DNA of 61,130 nucleotides from Candidatus Delongbacteria bacterium (GTDB taxonomy: Bacteria > UBA4055), in contig JAQIDB010000177.1 in the NCBI GenBank assembly GCA_027858225.1, positions 1 to 61,130 on the forward strand, given 5' to 3'. Positions within the stretch are counted from its first letter, which is position 1, and each line of letters opens with the position of its first letter. A model generated the notes under the pieces. The model did not search any database, was not told the DNA's origin, and was given only the letters and a program-made list of their open reading frames with translations. Positions 35,939-46,145 of the stretch are shown here, piece by piece. A program made the position numbers and the translations under genes.

Positions 35939-38797
35939 CTAATACTTCTTTGAAATACTTTTCAAGTTGCTGAAAGAATCTGCTTTAATAGCCTCTACAG
36001 GTAATGAATTCAAAAAGGCTCTTCCCCACCTGGTATTACTTAATCTACTGTCAAAGATATAAACAATTCCTTGGTCTGAATTATGCCTAATAAGTCTTCC
36101 AACACCCTGCTTTAGCTTCAATATAGCTTCCGGAACGGAATAGAACATAAAAGCATCATTGCCTTTTTTCTCGATCTCTTCTATTCTAGCTTGTATAACA
36201 GGCTCGGTTGGTACAGCAAATGGTAGTTTTATGATTATCAAAGTATGCAGAGCATCACCTGGGACATCTATTCCCTCCCAGAAACTATCCGTACCAAATA
36301 AAAAAGAATTTGTAACACTCTTAAATTGTTTTATAAGCTCAGATCTATTACCATCAGTTCCTTGCATAGCAAAAAGTCTATTGTTCTTAGCAAATATTTC
36401 CCTTATCCTTCCAGCAATTTCTCTCATCTGCTTATAACTTGTAAATAATGCAAGAGTACCGTCATTATTAACAGAAGCTAAGTGAGTTAGAAATTCTGTA
36501 ATATCATTATCAAAAACTAAACTATTTTTAGGTGGAGCAAAATATGACGGTATAACAATCTTTAATTGATTCTCAAGATCAAAAGGGGACCCAAGCATCA
36601 ATGTTTCGATTTTGTTATCATCAACAAGATCTAAACCCAACTTCCTTTTCATGTATTTAAATCTATTTTCAATTGTAAGAGTCGCACTAGTAAAAATTAT
36701 GCTCTTTTGTGTATCATATAAATAATTTTGAAGGATCTTTGAAACATTTAAAGGAGCGCTATATAACGACAAGAAAGAATTTGAATCCTTTTTTGATAAT
36801 TCATACCAGAAAACATCATTCTCTCGTTGAGCTTGAGTTAAGAAAATAAACGAATCAAAAAAAGATTTAGTTTGATCTAAGATTGATTCACTTTCTAAGA
36901 ATAATTCTTCTATATCATTATTCTCTTCATTTTCAATTTTTAAGATAACATTAATTCTTCTGATCAATCCGATAACTTCTTCATTCAACTTTTTAAATAT
37001 CTTTAGATCTGCTTTACCAGAGAATATCTCAGTAATATCTTTATACCTATTTTTTACCATACCTCGAAATCTATATGTATCACCTAATTTCTTATTCAAT
37101 TGATTTGCAGCATCGTCGAATAACTCTACGCCCTTGTCATAAAAGCTTACAATTTTTTCTTTAAGCTTATCGGTCAAATCTGTAATACTATCTATATTAC
37201 TCTCAAATTTTGTAAAATTATTTTCGAGTTTTTTACAGAAATTATTTTTCTGTCTCGGAGTGTATATCTTATACATCAAACCTTTCAGTTGATAAAGACT
37301 ATATTCTAATCCTAAATATTTTGTAGCTGAGGCTTCTACATTATGAGCTTCATCGATAACTAAATTCTCATAGTTTCCTAGCACAGCATTTGAAGAAGCA
37401 AGGTCAGAGAATAAAAGAGAATGATTTACGATGACTAAATTAGAATTATAGGAGCTTTTTCTGGCATTTTGTAAAAAGCACCGTTTGTAAAACTTACATT
37501 TTTTACCAGAGCAATAACCTTTATCTGAAACTGTTTTACTCCAAGCGCTTCTGGCAAATCCCATTTTAAAACCACTATTTTCCTCGATGTCACCTGAGCC
37601 TGTTGTCTCAGCCCAGTAAACCAGAGGTAAAAATTGATTTATCTCTATCTCAGAAAGGTTGTCTGTTGGACGTTGGCAAATACTCTCATACCTTTTCAAA
37701 CATAAATAATTATTTCTTCCTTTTAATATGACTGCTTTGAATGATTCATTGAACATTTCATGTAAAATCGGTAGATCTTTATAAAATATTTGTTCTTGAA
37801 GATTTTTTGTATTCGTTGAAATAACCACCTTCGTTTCATTTAGTAATGAATAAACTATAGAGGGGACTAAATAAGCAAATGATTTTCCAACACCTGTACC
37901 TGCTTCTGTAATAAGAAATTTTTCATCTTTATAAACTTCATCACATTTTTTCGAGAGTAAGTATTGCTCTTCCCTGTATTCATAATTTGGAATAATCTTA
38001 CTTAATAATCCGCCATCAGAGAATACTTTTTCTGAAATATCATTTTCATGTAGTTTTAATATTTCATCATGATCTAATTGATTTACTTGTTCAAGTATAT
38101 TCGATGCTAAAGATGATTTTTTCTCATTCTTTATTATCTTTCTATCAAAAGACGATTTTATATAGTAATTAGCCAGATTAACAAAGAAATATTTAACGTA
38201 CTTTGATTTACCAGCAACATTTGCAATTTTTTTCACCGTACTTTCAGCTAATTTTAAAGATTTTTCAATTATATTATTAAAGAGATTTCCCGTTGCAAGG
38301 CAATCATTCAGTGCTCTATGAAAACCATCCGCTTCAATATTTAAATAATCCGCTAAAGTTGATAGTTTATGATTTGGAGGACCTACTGGAAAAAGTATCT
38401 GACTTAATAGTAAAGTATCATGAAATTCTTTAGTTAATATGTCAGGAGCACCTATTGCTTGAATTTGATATCTTATAAAACTAAGATCAAAATCTATATT
38501 GTGTGCAACCAAAGGTAGGTCATCTATAAAATCAAGAAATTTTGGTAATACATCATCAATTTCAGGTTTGCCGATAAGATCTGAGTTTTTTATACCAGTT
38601 AAATTGGTTATTTGCTCACTGATCATTTGATCTGGATATACTAGGCTATTAAAAGTTTCCTTTACTTCCCCATTTTCATATTTAATACCAGCAATTTCAA
38701 TTATCTTATCTACAAAATAATCAGTTCCAGTTGTTTCAAGATCAAATACAACATAATCTTTCAATTTTAATTCTTTATAAATATCTTTCATTTGCAC
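35939..38797 (-). CDS. dinG: DinG-family ATP-dependent helicase with an N-terminal DnaQ-like 3'-5' exonuclease domain.
   Basis: The 952-aa protein has N-terminal VVFDLETTG (DEDD Exo I) with a later HRALNDC (Exo III). The helicase part has Walker A TEAGTGVGKS, a DEAH-like VIDEAHN motif and C-terminal helicase motifs. Confidence 0.8.
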   Translation of the reverse strand: MQMKDIYKELKLKDYVVFDLETTGTDYFVDKIIEIAGIKYENGEVKETFNSLVYPDQMISEQITNLTGIKNSDLIGKPEIDDVLPKFLDFIDDLPLVAHNIDFDLSFIRYQIQAIGAPDILTKEFHDTLLLSQILFPVGPPNHKLSTLADYLNIEADGFHRALNDCLATGNLFNNIIEKSLKLAESTVKKIANVAGKSKYVKYFFVNLANYYIKSSFDRKIIKNEKKSSLASNILEQVNQLDHDEILKLHENDISEKVFSDGGLLSKIIPNYEYREEQYLLSKKCDEVYKDEKFLITEAGTGVGKSFAYLVPSIVYSLLNETKVVISTNTKNLQEQIFYKDLPILHEMFNESFKAVILKGRNNYLCLKRYESICQRPTDNLSEIEINQFLPLVYWAETTGSGDIEENSGFKMGFARSAWSKTVSDKGYCSGKKCKFYKRCFLQNARKSSYNSNLVIVNHSLLFSDLASSNAVLGNYENLVIDEAHNVEASATKYLGLEYSLYQLKGLMYKIYTPRQKNNFCKKLENNFTKFESNIDSITDLTDKLKEKIVSFYDKGVELFDDAANQLNKKLGDTYRFRGMVKNRYKDITEIFSGKADLKIFKKLNEEVIGLIRRINVILKIENEENNDIEELFLESESILDQTKSFFDSFIFLTQAQRENDVFWYELSKKDSNSFLSLYSAPLNVSKILQNYLYDTQKSIIFTSATLTIENRFKYMKRKLGLDLVDDNKIETLMLGSPFDLENQLKIVIPSYFAPPKNSLVFDNDITEFLTHLASVNNDGTLALFTSYKQMREIAGRIREIFAKNNRLFAMQGTDGNRSELIKQFKSVTNSFLFGTDSFWEGIDVPGDALHTLIIIKLPFAVPTEPVIQARIEEIEKKGNDAFMFYSVPEAILKLKQGVGRLIRHNSDQGIVYIFDSRLSNTRWGRAFLNSLPVEAIKADSFSNLKSISKKY

Positions 38798-38807
38798 CTA
38801 TTAAAAA

Positions 38808-38834
38808 ATAAAAGAGGACATTGTCCCCTTTTAT
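38808..38834 (-). terminator. Rho-independent terminator downstream of gcvPB.
   Basis: On the minus strand, ggggac(aat)gtcctc (with a G-U pair) is followed by ttttatttttt. Confidence 0.45.
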
Positions 38835-38862
38835 TAAATTTATCATTATAAGAAAACTATAG

Positions 38863-40308
38863 CTAATCAGTTTCTTCTTCATATCTTAAATTAAGGTTCT
38901 TAGCTGCTAAAGATTCATTTAATCTTCTGACTATCGTTGTCTCGGGCGCCATCTTAAGTTTTTCAGGATCTTGTTTAGCTTCTTGTGCTATTTGTTTCAT
39001 TACAGATATAAATTCATCCAAAACTTCTTTCCCTTCTGTTTCGGTTGGTTCTATCATTATTGCTTCATGAACTAACAGTGGGAAATATATCGTTGGAGCA
39101 TGCATATTAAAATCCAATAACCTTTTAGCAACATCCAATGTTTTAATTCCGTATTGCATTAGATTTTCTCCACTGAAGACAACTTCATGCATACAATGTT
39201 GTTTGTATGGTAAATCATAATATCCATCCAACATCTTCTTAACATAATTTGCATTTATAATTGCGTTCTCAGAAACTCTATGCAATCCATCACTACCCAG
39301 TATTTTCATATAAACATATGCTCTAACTAAAACAAGATAATTTCCATAGAATGAATGTACTTTTCCTATAGTTTGAGGTAAATTGTAATTTAATTTATAC
39401 TTACCATTTTCTTTTACTACATCAGGAACTGGCAAAAATGGTATTAATTTATCCACAACCCCTATTGGTCCTGATCCAGGACCTCCACCGCCATGGGGTG
39501 TAGAAAAGGTTTTATGCAAATTGAAGTGCATAATATCAAAACCCATATCAGCAGGTTTCACTATCCCTAAAAGAGCATTAAAATTTGCCCCATCCATATA
39601 AAGCAATCCGCCTTTTGAATGAACTATTTCAGCGATCTCTTTAACATTCTTCTCAAATAATCCAAGTGTATTTGGATTAGTTATCATAAAAGCTGCTGTA
39701 TCTTCATCAAAATGCTCTCGTAGTTCATCAATATCAACCAATCCTTCAGCAGTAGAAGGAAGTTGCACAACTTCATACCCGGCCATTATAATTGACGCGG
39801 GATTGGTTCCGTGAGCTGTATCAGGTATAATAACTTTCTTTCTTGGATTTCCTTTACTTTCGTGATATGCTCTTATTACTTTTAAAGAAGTCCATTCTCC
39901 ATGTGCTCCTGCAACAGGCTGCAAAGATACTTTACTCAAACCCGAAACTTCTGACAACATAGAATCAAGTTCATGATATAGTTCTAATACTCCCTGAATT
40001 GAACTTTCATCCTGATATGGATGAATCTCAGTAAAACCTTCCATTCCTGCTATTTTTTCATTTATTTTAGGATTGTATTTCATCGTACAACTGCCTAGAG
40101 GATAAAATCCTTTATCTACATGATGATTTTTAGTAGACATATTAACATAATGCCTAACAACCTCTTGCTCACTTTCCTCAGGTAGACCTATTTTTCCAGA
40201 TCTAAAATATTTTTCAGAGTTATTAAAGTTTTTTTCGCCATTCCATTTTGGTAAAGTATATGCTTTTCTTCCTTTTTTGGATTTTTCAAAAATTAATTTA
40301 TCATCCAT
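38863..40308 (-). CDS. gcvPB: Glycine dehydrogenase (decarboxylating) subunit 2.
   Basis: The 481-aa protein has a PLP-lysine context FNLHKTFSTPHGGGGPG that is characteristic of GcvPB. No gcvPA, gcvT or gcvH lies adjacent in this window. Confidence 0.85.
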   Translation of the reverse strand: MDDKLIFEKSKKGRKAYTLPKWNGEKNFNNSEKYFRSGKIGLPEESEQEVVRHYVNMSTKNHHVDKGFYPLGSCTMKYNPKINEKIAGMEGFTEIHPYQDESSIQGVLELYHELDSMLSEVSGLSKVSLQPVAGAHGEWTSLKVIRAYHESKGNPRKKVIIPDTAHGTNPASIIMAGYEVVQLPSTAEGLVDIDELREHFDEDTAAFMITNPNTLGLFEKNVKEIAEIVHSKGGLLYMDGANFNALLGIVKPADMGFDIMHFNLHKTFSTPHGGGGPGSGPIGVVDKLIPFLPVPDVVKENGKYKLNYNLPQTIGKVHSFYGNYLVLVRAYVYMKILGSDGLHRVSENAIINANYVKKMLDGYYDLPYKQHCMHEVVFSGENLMQYGIKTLDVAKRLLDFNMHAPTIYFPLLVHEAIMIEPTETEGKEVLDEFISVMKQIAQEAKQDPEKLKMAPETTIVRRLNESLAAKNLNLRYEEETD

Positions 40309-40440
40309 TAGACACGCTCCGATAGTTCATATTAATATCAATGAAAAATATAAAATTTATATCAAAAAAACAAATAGATTTTATTGTATTTTTAGTTATT
40401 TTTATATTTAAAACAGGCCTTAAAAATCAATAATTTATTT

Positions 40441-41376
40441 TTATTCATAATCATTACTTTTATTAACATTTATTTCCATGTTAAAATCTCTTTTCATACT
40501 ATCGACGATATTTTTTGCCCTAATATCTACCGGAATAGAATCAATATGCATTGAGTAGAATCTGTTCTTATGATCACTTATTTTATACATTCCTTTATCA
40601 TTCTTGTTCATAGTAATATTAAGCTTGCCCACAAATTCAGAACTTCTCCCCGGAGAAACATATATCCTATTTTCAAAATTTTCATATGTTTTTATTCCAC
40701 TATGTCCTGATATCATTATATCAATATTAGTATTTTCTACAAAAAATGTTCTTTCTTTTTCTAATTCTAAGTGTGATAAAAATATCAATACATCACATTT
40801 GGATTTTAAATCTGAAGTATAATTGTTTATATCAGCTAACTTAATTTCTGTGTTTATTAAATTATTCTTATCGAACTTAACAAACTCAGGATCTATAGCC
40901 CCAGTTATACAAATACTTATATCATCTATTTTAAGAAACATTTCTTTGTTAACACCATAAATATTTTGGGAAACTAGAATATTATCAATTCTACTTATCA
41001 TTTCCAGGTCTAATTCACCTGGTGAAATAGCAGTGTATTGAAATTTTGGTAATATTTTATAGATAATTTTATTTAAGTTTGGGTCATTCCGGTTGGAAAA
41101 AACATCCCCTGCATCTAAAAAAACGTCCACTGAATCTTTATTACTTTCAAAGAAATACAAACGATTAAGTAGTCCACCATATTTATTCTTTGGACAATTA
41201 CAATTTTCTAGAATACCATTACTTTTTCCTGTATAAATAAAACTCACACTTTTAGTGTGAGTACAGTTGAAAAATATTAATGATATAAAAAAAAGAAGCA
41301 GAACTTTCGTTCTGCCCCTTCTATTCATTATGTTATTCAAATTCCTCTTCTTCATCAAGAACGATCTCTCCATCAA
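40441..41376 (-). CDS. Calcineurin-like metallophosphoesterase, probably a lipoprotein. It overlaps the pilQ 3' end.
   Basis: The protein has an N-terminal signal with LIFFNC. Motifs FLDAGDVF and ISGHSG suggest a phosphoesterase fold. Its 5' end overlaps pilQ by about 44 nt, so the true start may be internal. Confidence 0.45.
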   Translation of the reverse strand: MMERSFLMKKRNLNNIMNRRGRTKVLLLFFISLIFFNCTHTKSVSFIYTGKSNGILENCNCPKNKYGGLLNRLYFFESNKDSVDVFLDAGDVFSNRNDPNLNKIIYKILPKFQYTAISPGELDLEMISRIDNILVSQNIYGVNKEMFLKIDDISICITGAIDPEFVKFDKNNLINTEIKLADINNYTSDLKSKCDVLIFLSHLELEKERTFFVENTNIDIMISGHSGIKTYENFENRIYVSPGRSSEFVGKLNITMNKNDKGMYKISDHKNRFYSMHIDSIPVDIRAKNIVDSMKRDFNMEINVNKSNDYE

Positions 41377-42715
41377 TCATAATATAAGGAGTAACTTCTA
41401 TTATTAGATTTGTAATTTTCTTAGTCTTCACTTGATGCTGGAAAAAATAACCTAAGAAAGGAATATCACCAAGTAATGGTACCTTATTAACAGTGTATGT
41501 TTCATCTTCTAATAGCATACCGGCAATTCTAATTGTTTGGCCATCTCTAACTCTTACTGTCGTATCCGCGGATCTAACTTTAACCCAAGGTATTTCAGAG
41601 TTAGGACCAACCCATCCAAAAATCGATGATACTTCACAATGTAATTCAACTGTAATATCATTCTCTTCATTTATAATCGGTCTAACTTTTAGCTTAATAC
41701 CTACTTCTTCTTTTTGTACTGATTGTTTACTAGCTCCATCTTGAATAGAAGTCACTGTATATGGAACGATATCACCAATGAGAACAGATGCTTCTTTATT
41801 GTTTAAAGTTGCAATTTCAGGTTCTGCAAGTATCGTTGCATCATTATCTCTATTCATAAAGTCTAAACTCAAAACATACTCTTGTCCAATTACTCTATGC
41901 CATGGATTTGTTAATCCTGCTGTAGTTTCATTTGCAAATGATGAGGTACGACTAAAATAGTTATATGTATCAGCATCTGTATAGTTTCCAGTTAAATTTC
42001 TAACAGGAGTAGCTGTATCATCATAATCAAATTCATATGTGTTATCACCTTCATTATAAGTCCAATCTCCATAATCTTGAAATGCACCTTCTCTAATAGT
42101 AGTGGAGTAATTATTTATCTTTTCCCACTCAATACCATATCTTTCACCAGATTCATTTCCAACTTCTTTTATTCTTGCTTTAAACAAAACCTGTTGAAGA
42201 GGTCTGTCAATTCTAATCAAAACCTTCTCAATCTCTTTCGCTACCTTAGGACTAGCTTGATAAATAATTCTGTTACCCAAATCATCAACTTGAATGTTTT
42301 TTGAAATATCCGCCAGCATTTTTTTTACTGATTTTGCATCAGCATACTGCAAATCATAAACTGATGTGCTCAAACCAATTTCTCTGTTTAATTTCTCCTC
42401 TGAAGCAACAATTATCGAATTATCAATTATCTGATAACTTAAATCAGTTGCTCTTACTACTAGATCCAATGCATCTTTAATAGGAATATCATTCAAAGTA
42501 AGTGTTACTTTCTTGTCTACCGTTTCCGCACTCTGAACTAAGTTTACTCCTGCCCTTTCAGCAAGAGCATCCAATACTTGTGATACCGATTGATCTAGAG
42601 CTGTCAAAGAAATTGGTGTTTTGAAATTATCAGATGTTGTATCATATAGTAGCTTAGAACTAAAGGCAAAGCTAATGATACTTAACATTAGGAACATCCC
42701 GATTAATTTCTTCAT
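41333..42715 (-). CDS. pilQ: Type IV pilus secretin PilQ (secretin family).
   Basis: The 460-aa protein has a signal peptide and a C-terminal secretin domain (...VRDGQTIRIAGMLLEDETYTVNKVPLLGDIPFLGYFFQHQV...). Confidence 0.8.
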   Translation of the reverse strand: MKKLIGMFLMLSIISFAFSSKLLYDTTSDNFKTPISLTALDQSVSQVLDALAERAGVNLVQSAETVDKKVTLTLNDIPIKDALDLVVRATDLSYQIIDNSIIVASEEKLNREIGLSTSVYDLQYADAKSVKKMLADISKNIQVDDLGNRIIYQASPKVAKEIEKVLIRIDRPLQQVLFKARIKEVGNESGERYGIEWEKINNYSTTIREGAFQDYGDWTYNEGDNTYEFDYDDTATPVRNLTGNYTDADTYNYFSRTSSFANETTAGLTNPWHRVIGQEYVLSLDFMNRDNDATILAEPEIATLNNKEASVLIGDIVPYTVTSIQDGASKQSVQKEEVGIKLKVRPIINEENDITVELHCEVSSIFGWVGPNSEIPWVKVRSADTTVRVRDGQTIRIAGMLLEDETYTVNKVPLLGDIPFLGYFFQHQVKTKKITNLIIEVTPYIMIDGEIVLDEEEEFE

Positions 42716-42796
42716 AATCTGTCTCCTTTATTTAGTAATATATTTTTACGACTTATACACTATCTGAAATTTGTTATAATAATTATTAAATACAAC

Positions 42797-43483
42797 TTAT
42801 CTTCTTCTTCTTCCACCATTATCATCTGGTTCATCATTGGTATTGTTAGTATCCGAATCTTGTTTTTTTGTTGATTCTGCAGGAACCAAATCCTTAGACA
42901 CAGAAGTTGCATCTTGGTTAGGTTTATACTTTATAGCTAAGTTTGTCTTAAAATGTTCAACATAAACATAACGAGCAGCTATTGCCAATACCTTGCCAGC
43001 ATATTCTTTACCGAATTTACTACTTCCCGTAAATTTATTTGAATTCTTATATTTTTGTTTCATTATTATTTGACCAACAATTAACTTATCCCCAACCTTA
43101 AGTTTTTGATTTTTTCCATCAATATTAAATGTCGCTTTATCATCAAAAAACATAGCAAATCCAACTTTATCTTTCTTGTATAATTTAATTCCTGTTTTTA
43201 CCCAGTATGTTTCGACTTTTTCTATTTTTTCTATTTTCTCTACAACTTTTTCTATTTTCTTTATTTTAAAATTCCCAATATCTCTTTTTGCGAAGAACTT
43301 GCTTGAACGAAATCTAACAGAAACACTGTCTGCATACATAACGCTATCAACACTTGCTTGATACTTGCTCTGACTCTCATCCTTAATTTCAGTGTTCATT
43401 GTAGTTACTTGTAAAGCCGTGACTGCAATCGCAATCAAAGAAATAATAATAACAACAATTTGTAATTTTTCAAAATTTTTCAT
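42797..43483 (-). CDS. PilP-like pilus assembly protein. The assignment is by position and topology.
   Basis: The 228-aa protein has an N-terminal TM anchor and a KIEKVVEKIEKIEKVE tandem repeat. It sits between the pilO-like gene and pilQ. Confidence 0.35.
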   Translation of the reverse strand: MKNFEKLQIVVIIISLIAIAVTALQVTTMNTEIKDESQSKYQASVDSVMYADSVSVRFRSSKFFAKRDIGNFKIKKIEKVVEKIEKIEKVETYWVKTGIKLYKKDKVGFAMFFDDKATFNIDGKNQKLKVGDKLIVGQIIMKQKYKNSNKFTGSSKFGKEYAGKVLAIAARYVYVEHFKTNLAIKYKPNQDATSVSKDLVPAESTKKQDSDTNNTNDEPDDNGGRRRR

Positions 43484-43502
43484 TGTAAAAGATTATCCCA
43501 AG

Positions 43503-44075
43503 TTATAAAAATTTTATATATTCTAAACTTATCTTGATATCTAAAGGAGTTTTAAAAGAAAATTCATCAAGTATCTTTTTAGTTCTATCTGTAGTAGTTG
43601 GCCTTGCTCTAAAATAATTTAACAAGTTTATATTAATCAACAATTGATTTTCCTCAATGATATTGATAAATCTAATTAAATCTGTATAATTTGCCCTAAA
43701 ATCAACATTGATATAGAAAGTTTCCGTTCCGTTTCTCCAATTTATGTTCTTATCATCTTGTTGTTCTTGATTTATATCATTCACATCATACTCAATCCTA
43801 GATTCTTTGAAAATATCCTCTGTTTTTTTCAACAGTTCTGCAATAATTTCTCCATAATTCCTATCATCTCTTTTATTGATTTCGTATATCTTAGTAAGAC
43901 CAACACAATTACGCTGAACAATTGTATCCCTTATAAACTTTGCATGCTGATCATTATTCTCAATAATCATAGTCTGAGTTTCATTTAATGTATCAGAGAC
44001 AAACATTCCTTTATATATCAATCCCGATATAGCAACAGCAATTGTTATTAGTATAAATAAGTATTCTCTTTTCAT
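43503..44075 (-). CDS. PilO-like pilus assembly protein.
   Basis: The 190-aa protein has an N-terminal TM followed by coiled-coil and an alpha/beta region. It occupies the position of pilO in a pilMNOPQ cluster. Confidence 0.4.
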   Translation of the reverse strand: MKREYLFILITIAVAISGLIYKGMFVSDTLNETQTMIIENNDQHAKFIRDTIVQRNCVGLTKIYEINKRDDRNYGEIIAELLKKTEDIFKESRIEYDVNDINQEQQDDKNINWRNGTETFYINVDFRANYTDLIRFINIIEENQLLININLLNYFRARPTTTDRTKKILDEFSFKTPLDIKISLEYIKFL

Positions 44076-44104
44076 AATCCCTTGTTATTTGTCATAATTT
44101 TAAG

Positions 44105-44743
44105 TTAAATATTAACTTTTTGATTTTTTTTCTTTTTTTTCTTTTTCACATTAACTTTGGGTCTTTTCATATCAATGGAATAACTAAAAGACCAATACTG
44201 AGTGCCATCATCGTTTTCGCCTTTGTCATCCAAATCAGGACCTTTAATTAATTCAATATTTGACGATTTTTGAATATAGTTATCTGCAAGCAACTTTTCA
44301 CTAATAGTACTTCTTAACTTATTTATATCACTCATCAACTTAGACTTACTTCCTTTTGTTCTGGAAATAATATCCAGCCTTATCTTAGGCTCATCATAGC
44401 TAAATCTATTCACTATCATAGTAGTATCTAGTGAAGTTTCGAATGATTTAAATATAAATGTTAATTGCCGTTTAGAAATTAGAGCATTATAAACATGGTT
44501 TATTTTTTTATATCCAAAAAAATCTTTATTCCGAAATTCTTTAGTTTGTTTTTCATAATCATTTTTTTTAATTACAGCTTCTTGAAAACTAGAGTTCACA
44601 CTTAATGATTTTAAAAACAACAATCCCAATAAAATCAATTGAGCTGTAATAGACATCATAAAAACAGTAGTAATAAACTTATTCTTTTTTGATGTTTCAC
44701 GCTTTTCTAAATTTATTTTTTGTAAAAAATTGAATTTGTACAT
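44105..44743 (-). CDS. pilN: PilN-like pilus assembly protein with a poly-Lys C-terminal tail.
   Basis: The N-terminal FLQKINLEKRE resembles the PilN INLLP motif. A single TM is present. The C-terminus KKKKKKKNQKVNI is encoded by homopolymeric runs. Confidence 0.5.
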   Translation of the reverse strand: MYKFNFLQKINLEKRETSKKNKFITTVFMMSITAQLILLGLLFLKSLSVNSSFQEAVIKKNDYEKQTKEFRNKDFFGYKKINHVYNALISKRQLTFIFKSFETSLDTTMIVNRFSYDEPKIRLDIISRTKGSKSKLMSDINKLRSTISEKLLADNYIQKSSNIELIKGPDLDDKGENDDGTQYWSFSYSIDMKRPKVNVKKKKKKKNQKVNI

Positions 44744-44775
44744 ACTAATTTATAATCCTAAGTTATAGCCATTTA

Positions 44776-46122
44776 TTATTCGTATCTCAATGCTAATCCT
44801 AAGCAAATATATGAAGCTTCTTGAGTTTCTTTTGCATAATTTTTTACTACCTCATCTCCTTCAAAAAATCCGGCAACGTCTAGAGTCTCACAAGAAATAT
44901 CAGTATTCTTTGTAATAAATTGTGAAAATTTATACATCCCAACTGCTTTTCCAGTGATGTAAATCTTCGATGGTATTTTATTATGATTTTGTCCTGAATA
45001 ATACTGGAACGTTTTCTGTAATTCTCTTAACAATTGCATTCTAATATATTTTTTTACAGGATAGTGTTGGTTAAGGTTTTCAGTAGTTTCGGACTCAAAA
45101 GCCTTCGTAATATAATCGTAAAAATTCCTAGTCTTTAACATTTTCACTGTCTCTTCTGAAGAAATATCTCTATTTTTTTGAAGCATTTTCTGAAACTGAT
45201 CATTTGTAAAATCAATACTTCTAATGTAAAGTTCTTCATTACCATTTGGGACAATTATTATATTCGAACTATTCTCCCCAATGTCAATAATACAAGCTAC
45301 CGTACCTATTGGAGGATTAACCGATTCTTGATAGAGATTTATAAGAGCCATTTTATCAACATCTAAAATTTTACATTCAACACCTGCAGTAATTAAAATA
45401 CTTTGTAATCCAAAAAACAACTTACTATCTACAATTGAAGCCAAAAGTCTATGCTCCGTTCCAGTAGAACTCAACACTTCGTACTCATATTTACTAAACG
45501 CATCAAATGGTGATGGCAAAGCACTTGGCAATTCAAGTTCAATATTTTCTTCCGGTGTGTTTTTAAGAAAGACCTCTTTAACAATAATATTTTTACCGCT
45601 TAATGCTGAAACAATTAAAGGATTATTTTTGCTTACTCCAGCTCTATTAAAAACTTTTTCAATCGCTTCTAATTGGATTCTTTTTATCGCAATCTCGGGA
45701 TCTTCTTTATCTTTAAAAACATTCTCTTCAGTAAGCTTTGGCAATTCTATTGGTACAACTTGTAAATTAATCAATTTGTAGATTGAGCCATCGTAAAACG
45801 TCTGTGCAAAAATAATATTTTTATCTGTAATATGAATAGCATTTATTTCCTTTGACTTACCTAAAGATTTTGATACTTTTTTCGCACTTGTATTTATTTT
45901 ATTAGGTGATGTATCTTCAATTATATTAAATTCATCATTTCCACTTTCTGCAAGATCCTTAGCAGGTTCTGAAAACATATTCCTTCCCATACTTTTTTCT
46001 TTAGAAGGTTGCTGCTCTTCAGTTTTTTTGTTTTCCTCTTTTTTTGTACTTAGTGGTGCTTTATTTTCAGCGAAAATATTTCGACCTAAGCTCTTTGAAT
46101 CATTTTGAGGATCATTAGTCAT
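44776..46122 (-). CDS. pilM: Type IV pilus assembly ATPase-like protein PilM (actin-like) with an N-terminal low-complexity extension of about 100 aa.
   Basis: The 448-aa protein has an actin-like ATPase fold. Regions GIDIGSS-equivalent (IDIGENSSNIIIV) and ITGKAVGMYKFS are present. It heads the pilMNOPQ order. Confidence 0.65.
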   Translation of the reverse strand: MTNDPQNDSKSLGRNIFAENKAPLSTKKEENKKTEEQQPSKEKSMGRNMFSEPAKDLAESGNDEFNIIEDTSPNKINTSAKKVSKSLGKSKEINAIHITDKNIIFAQTFYDGSIYKLINLQVVPIELPKLTEENVFKDKEDPEIAIKRIQLEAIEKVFNRAGVSKNNPLIVSALSGKNIIVKEVFLKNTPEENIELELPSALPSPFDAFSKYEYEVLSSTGTEHRLLASIVDSKLFFGLQSILITAGVECKILDVDKMALINLYQESVNPPIGTVACIIDIGENSSNIIIVPNGNEELYIRSIDFTNDQFQKMLQKNRDISSEETVKMLKTRNFYDYITKAFESETTENLNQHYPVKKYIRMQLLRELQKTFQYYSGQNHNKIPSKIYITGKAVGMYKFSQFITKNTDISCETLDVAGFFEGDEVVKNYAKETQEASYICLGLALRYE

Positions 46123-46145
46123 AAAATATACCTTAAAACTTTTAT

